From an uncultured Bordetella sp. (lineage in GTDB: Bacteria; Pseudomonadota; Gammaproteobacteria; Burkholderiales; Burkholderiaceae_C), in NCBI GenBank assembly GCA_964409495.1, contig CAYPDO010000002.1, positions 2,001 through 49,111 of the forward strand: a DNA stretch of 47,111 nt, written 5' to 3'. Position 1 is the stretch's first letter, and each line of letters opens with the position of its first letter. Position numbers and translations under genes: made by a program. The notes under the pieces were generated by a model. The model had not been told where the DNA came from. It searched no databases and was given only the letters and a program-made list of their open reading frames with translations. Below are positions 44,207 to 47,111 of the stretch, one piece after another.

Positions 44207-45640
44207 ATGAGTGAGAAGAAGCTTCTGGGCCGCGCCTTCGTGCTGCTGTGGATGAGCGAGACGGCCTTCGACCTGGGATCGGCGCTGCTCAGCTTCGCCC
44301 TGGGGGTCTGGATCTACCAGCAGAGCGGGTCGGTGCAGATGTACTCGTACTCGATCGTCGCCTCGGCGGTGCCGATGCTGCTGTTCATTCCGCTGGGCGG
44401 GGTGCTGGCCGATCGCTACGACCGCCGCTGGGTGATCGCCCTGTGCGACATCGCGGCCGCCGCCATGGTGCTGATACTGGCCTTCCTGCTGTTCCGCAAG
44501 GAGCTGGTGCCCGAGCACATGTATGCCTTCGGGGCGGTGGGCGCGGCCATCGGCGCGCTGCGCAACCCGGCCTACCACGCGGCCATCTCGCAGATCGTGC
44601 CCGCCGAGCGCATGACCGAGGCCAACGGCTTGACCGGCATGAGCGCCGGCCTGCTGCAGATCGGCGCGCCGATGACGGCGGGCTACCTGATGGCGCACTG
44701 GGGCCTGGAAGGCATCATGGCCATCGAGGTGGTGATGACCGTGGCTGGCGCCATCGGCGTGTTTGCCGCGCTGTCCAGCGCCTCGCATGCGATCCGCGGC
44801 GTGGTCAGCCAGCAGAAGCTGTCCTTCGGGGCCAGCGTGAAGTCGTCGTTCGCCGGCGTGCGCAGCTTCTTCAAGGCCCACCCGCTGATGCTGAGCCTGG
44901 CGGCCTACATGCTGGTGCAGGAGGCGCTGCTGATCCTGTGCTCGTCGATGCTGGCCCCGATGGTGCTGGCCGAGCACAGCGAGGACACCCTTGGCACCGT
45001 GCTCACCGCCGGGGCGGTGGGCGGGGTGATCGGCTCCATCGTGCTGGTGGCCGCCAAGGTCAAGAAGCACCTGATGCTGTGGATCCTGGCCACCGATCTG
45101 GGCCTGGCGCTGTGCGTGGTGGCCGCCGGCTTCTCCAACAGCGTGATGCTGTGGGGGCCGCTGGTCTTCCTGGCACTGGCGCTGGGCGGGGTGTCTGAAG
45201 GCTGCGGCGGCGCGCTGTGGATGCGCAAGGTGCCCAAGGAGCAGCGCGGCAGCGTGTTTGCCGCGGTGGGCTCGGCCAACCTGGTGCTGCTGTGTGTGGT
45301 GATGCTGCTGGGCGGCGGCCTGGCCGAGCTGGTGCTGGAGCCCGGCATGCTGCCCGGTGGCGATCTGGCCGTGCACCTGGAGCCCTGGCTGGGCTCGGGC
45401 AAGGGCCGCGGCGTGGCGCTGCTGTTCGTCGTGGTGGGCGCCTTGTTTGCCGTGGTGTCGACGATGGCCCTGCTCAATCCGCGCCTGCGGCGTCTGGACG
45501 ACCTGGTACCCGAACAGGGCGACCCCGAGCCCGAGGCCGTTGTCCCCGGCACCCAGGCCGCCAGCAACGCAGACACCCACCCGGCCCCGGCCACCGACAC
45601 GCCCGACGGGCGCCTTGCCGTGAAGGGCAGCCAGCCATGA
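44207..45640 (+). CDS. MFS transporter associated with the NRPS cluster
   Basis: About 12 hydrophobic segments; motif A GVLADRYDRR; VPKEQRGSVF; ATGA-coupled to the NRPS. Confidence 0.93.
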   Translation: MSEKKLLGRAFVLLWMSETAFDLGSALLSFALGVWIYQQSGSVQMYSYSIVASAVPMLLFIPLGGVLADRYDRRWVIALCDIAAAAMVLILAFLLFRKELVPEHMYAFGAVGAAIGALRNPAYHAAISQIVPAERMTEANGLTGMSAGLLQIGAPMTAGYLMAHWGLEGIMAIEVVMTVAGAIGVFAALSSASHAIRGVVSQQKLSFGASVKSSFAGVRSFFKAHPLMLSLAAYMLVQEALLILCSSMLAPMVLAEHSEDTLGTVLTAGAVGGVIGSIVLVAAKVKKHLMLWILATDLGLALCVVAAGFSNSVMLWGPLVFLALALGGVSEGCGGALWMRKVPKEQRGSVFAAVGSANLVLLCVVMLLGGGLAELVLEPGMLPGGDLAVHLEPWLGSGKGRGVALLFVVVGALFAVVSTMALLNPRLRRLDDLVPEQGDPEPEAVVPGTQAASNADTHPAPATDTPDGRLAVKGSQP

Positions 45641-47111
45641 TCGTCTCCCCGCCTTCGCCCGCCCGCGGCAACACCGGCACCGGCGCCGCCGAACCCAGCT
45701 GGGGCGCCGACTGGTTCGGCCTGTCGGCCATCCAGCGTTCGCTGTGGTTCCTGTACGAGATGGCGCCCGAGCAGCGCGGCTACTACAACATCGCCTTCGT
45801 CGCGCGCGCCCGCCCACTGCTGCAGCCCGAGGCCTTCCAGCACGCGCTGAACGTGCTGCTGGCGCGCCACGGCATGCTCAGGGCCTGCTTCGCGCTGGTG
45901 GATGGCGTGCCGATGCAGCGCATCCAGTCAGGCGTGCAGGCGCGGGTGACGGTGGTGGACGTGGCCAGCCTGGACGATCCGGCCGTGGTGGCCCAGGTGA
46001 TGGCGGCCCGCGTGGCCCCCTTCGACCTGGCCCAGGCGCCGCTGGTGCGCGCCCAGCTGTACCGCGCGCCAGGCGACGAGTGCGTGCTCCTGCTCGCCTT
46101 CGACCACATGGTGTGCGATGGCTGGTCGCTGTGGCAGCTGCTCGACGAGCTCGACCGGCTGCTGGCGGCACACACCACCCACCTGGCGCGCGCCGACATC
46201 CAGGCGCCGCCGCCGTTCTCGGATTTCGTGCTGGAGCAGCAGCGCTGGCTGGCCAGCCCGGCCGGCGAGCGCCAGCTGGCCTACTGGCGCAGCGAACTGG
46301 CCGATCCCTGCCCGCCGCTGGACATCCTGCCCGACCACCAGGGCGGCGCCAGTGCGCCAGCCGGTGAGCGCGAGACCGTCAACCTGTTCGTCGCTGCCGA
46401 CCTGACCCAGGCCGTGTCTGCCCTGGCCACACGCCATGGCGTGAGCATGTTCTCGGCGCTGCTGGCCTCGTACTTCGTGCTGCTGGGCCGCCTGAGCGGG
46501 CAGCGCCGCGTGGCCGTGGGTTCGCCCATGCCGGGCCGCGGCAAGGCCTGGGGTGAGACGGTGGGCAACTTCACCAACCCGGTGGCGCTGTGTGCCGATC
46601 TGGACCCCGCGCTCAGCGTGGCCGAGTTCCTCAAGCAGGTGCACTCCACCGCCTGGCGCGGGCTGAAGAACCAGAACTACCCGATCTCCGAGCTGGTGGA
46701 GCGCCTGAACCCGCAGCGCACCCAGCAGGGCCAGCCCTATTTCCAGGCGCTGTTCACGTTCCAGAAGGCGCGTTCGGCCTCCGACATGATGGGCCTGATG
46801 GCCCACCGCGACGAGGTGGGGCAGGTGCGCTGGGGCGGCCTGGACCTCAGCGCCTACGCGCGCATCCAGAACAACGGCGGCGTGGGCATGGACCTCGTGT
46901 TCGACCTCGCCGAGGTGGATGGCCGCCTGTGCGCGCCGCTGGATTTCGACACCGGCAAGTTCGAGCGCGCCACGGTCGAGCGTTTCCTGGCCCACTGGCA
47001 GCAGCTGCTGCGTGGCATGGTCGCCAACGACCAGCAGCCCCTGTCGCAGCTGTCGATGCTGCCCGCCGACGAACGCGCGCAGGTGCTCTACGGCTGGAAC
47101 CAGACCGCGCG
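45637..47111 (+). CDS. Non-ribosomal peptide synthetase, N-terminal condensation domain (runs off the window; absent from the ORF track)
   Basis: Hand translation gives LSAIQRSLWFL, YNI, RHGMLRACF, PFDLAQAPLVR, DHMVCDGWS, QLAYWR, VGNFTNPV and NQNYP, ending in ..LYGWNQT, the usual linker before an A domain. Confidence 0.95.
   Translation, partial: MIVSPPSPARGNTGTGAAEPSWGADWFGLSAIQRSLWFLYEMAPEQRGYYNIAFVARARPLLQPEAFQHALNVLLARHGMLRACFALVDGVPMQRIQSGVQARVTVVDVASLDDPAVVAQVMAARVAPFDLAQAPLVRAQLYRAPGDECVLLLAFDHMVCDGWSLWQLLDELDRLLAAHTTHLARADIQAPPPFSDFVLEQQRWLASPAGERQLAYWRSELADPCPPLDILPDHQGGASAPAGERETVNLFVAADLTQAVSALATRHGVSMFSALLASYFVLLGRLSGQRRVAVGSPMPGRGKAWGETVGNFTNPVALCADLDPALSVAEFLKQVHSTAWRGLKNQNYPISELVERLNPQRTQQGQPYFQALFTFQKARSASDMMGLMAHRDEVGQVRWGGLDLSAYARIQNNGGVGMDLVFDLAEVDGRLCAPLDFDTGKFERATVERFLAHWQQLLRGMVANDQQPLSQLSMLPADERAQVLYGWNQTA

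Overview
GC-rich bacterial DNA whose gene content suggests a Burkholderiales-like betaproteobacterium (inference). It has five blocks. (1) 1-369: the end of eutC. (2) About 400-21800: a general-stress-type island with OsmB-like, OmpA/DUF4398, FumC, DUF2789, DUF883, DUF1328, CsbD, BON, cardiolipin synthase, ferritin-like and YihY genes. It also holds a UvrY/GacA-like regulator, a single-domain receiver and a CHASE3 kinase. At least eight of its promoters share a precisely phased architecture: CCTACA-like half-sites 23 bp apart, sitting 22, 45 or 68 bp from a -10 hexamer. (3) About 22000-29600: a stand-alone CZB protein, a decayed ParE-type toxin gene, and a photoactive yellow protein (PYP) operon. 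The operon encodes a repeat coiled-coil protein, PYP, a small unknown-domain protein, an HDOD protein, a catalytically eroded CheA-like protein carrying a second copy of that unknown domain, and p-coumaroyl-CoA ligase. This is the best candidate for an undescribed system. (4) 29817-39797: a three-gene operon with two unusual peptidoglycan-hydrolase fusions, then secreted serine hydrolases. (5) About 39800-47111: an AT-richer spacer with a frameshifted gene remnant, then the start of an NRPS cluster (diaminobutyrate aminotransferase, MFS transporter, NRPS running off the window). No rRNA, tRNA, CRISPR array or intact IS was recognised. All family calls come from motif recognition by eye, not from database searches.
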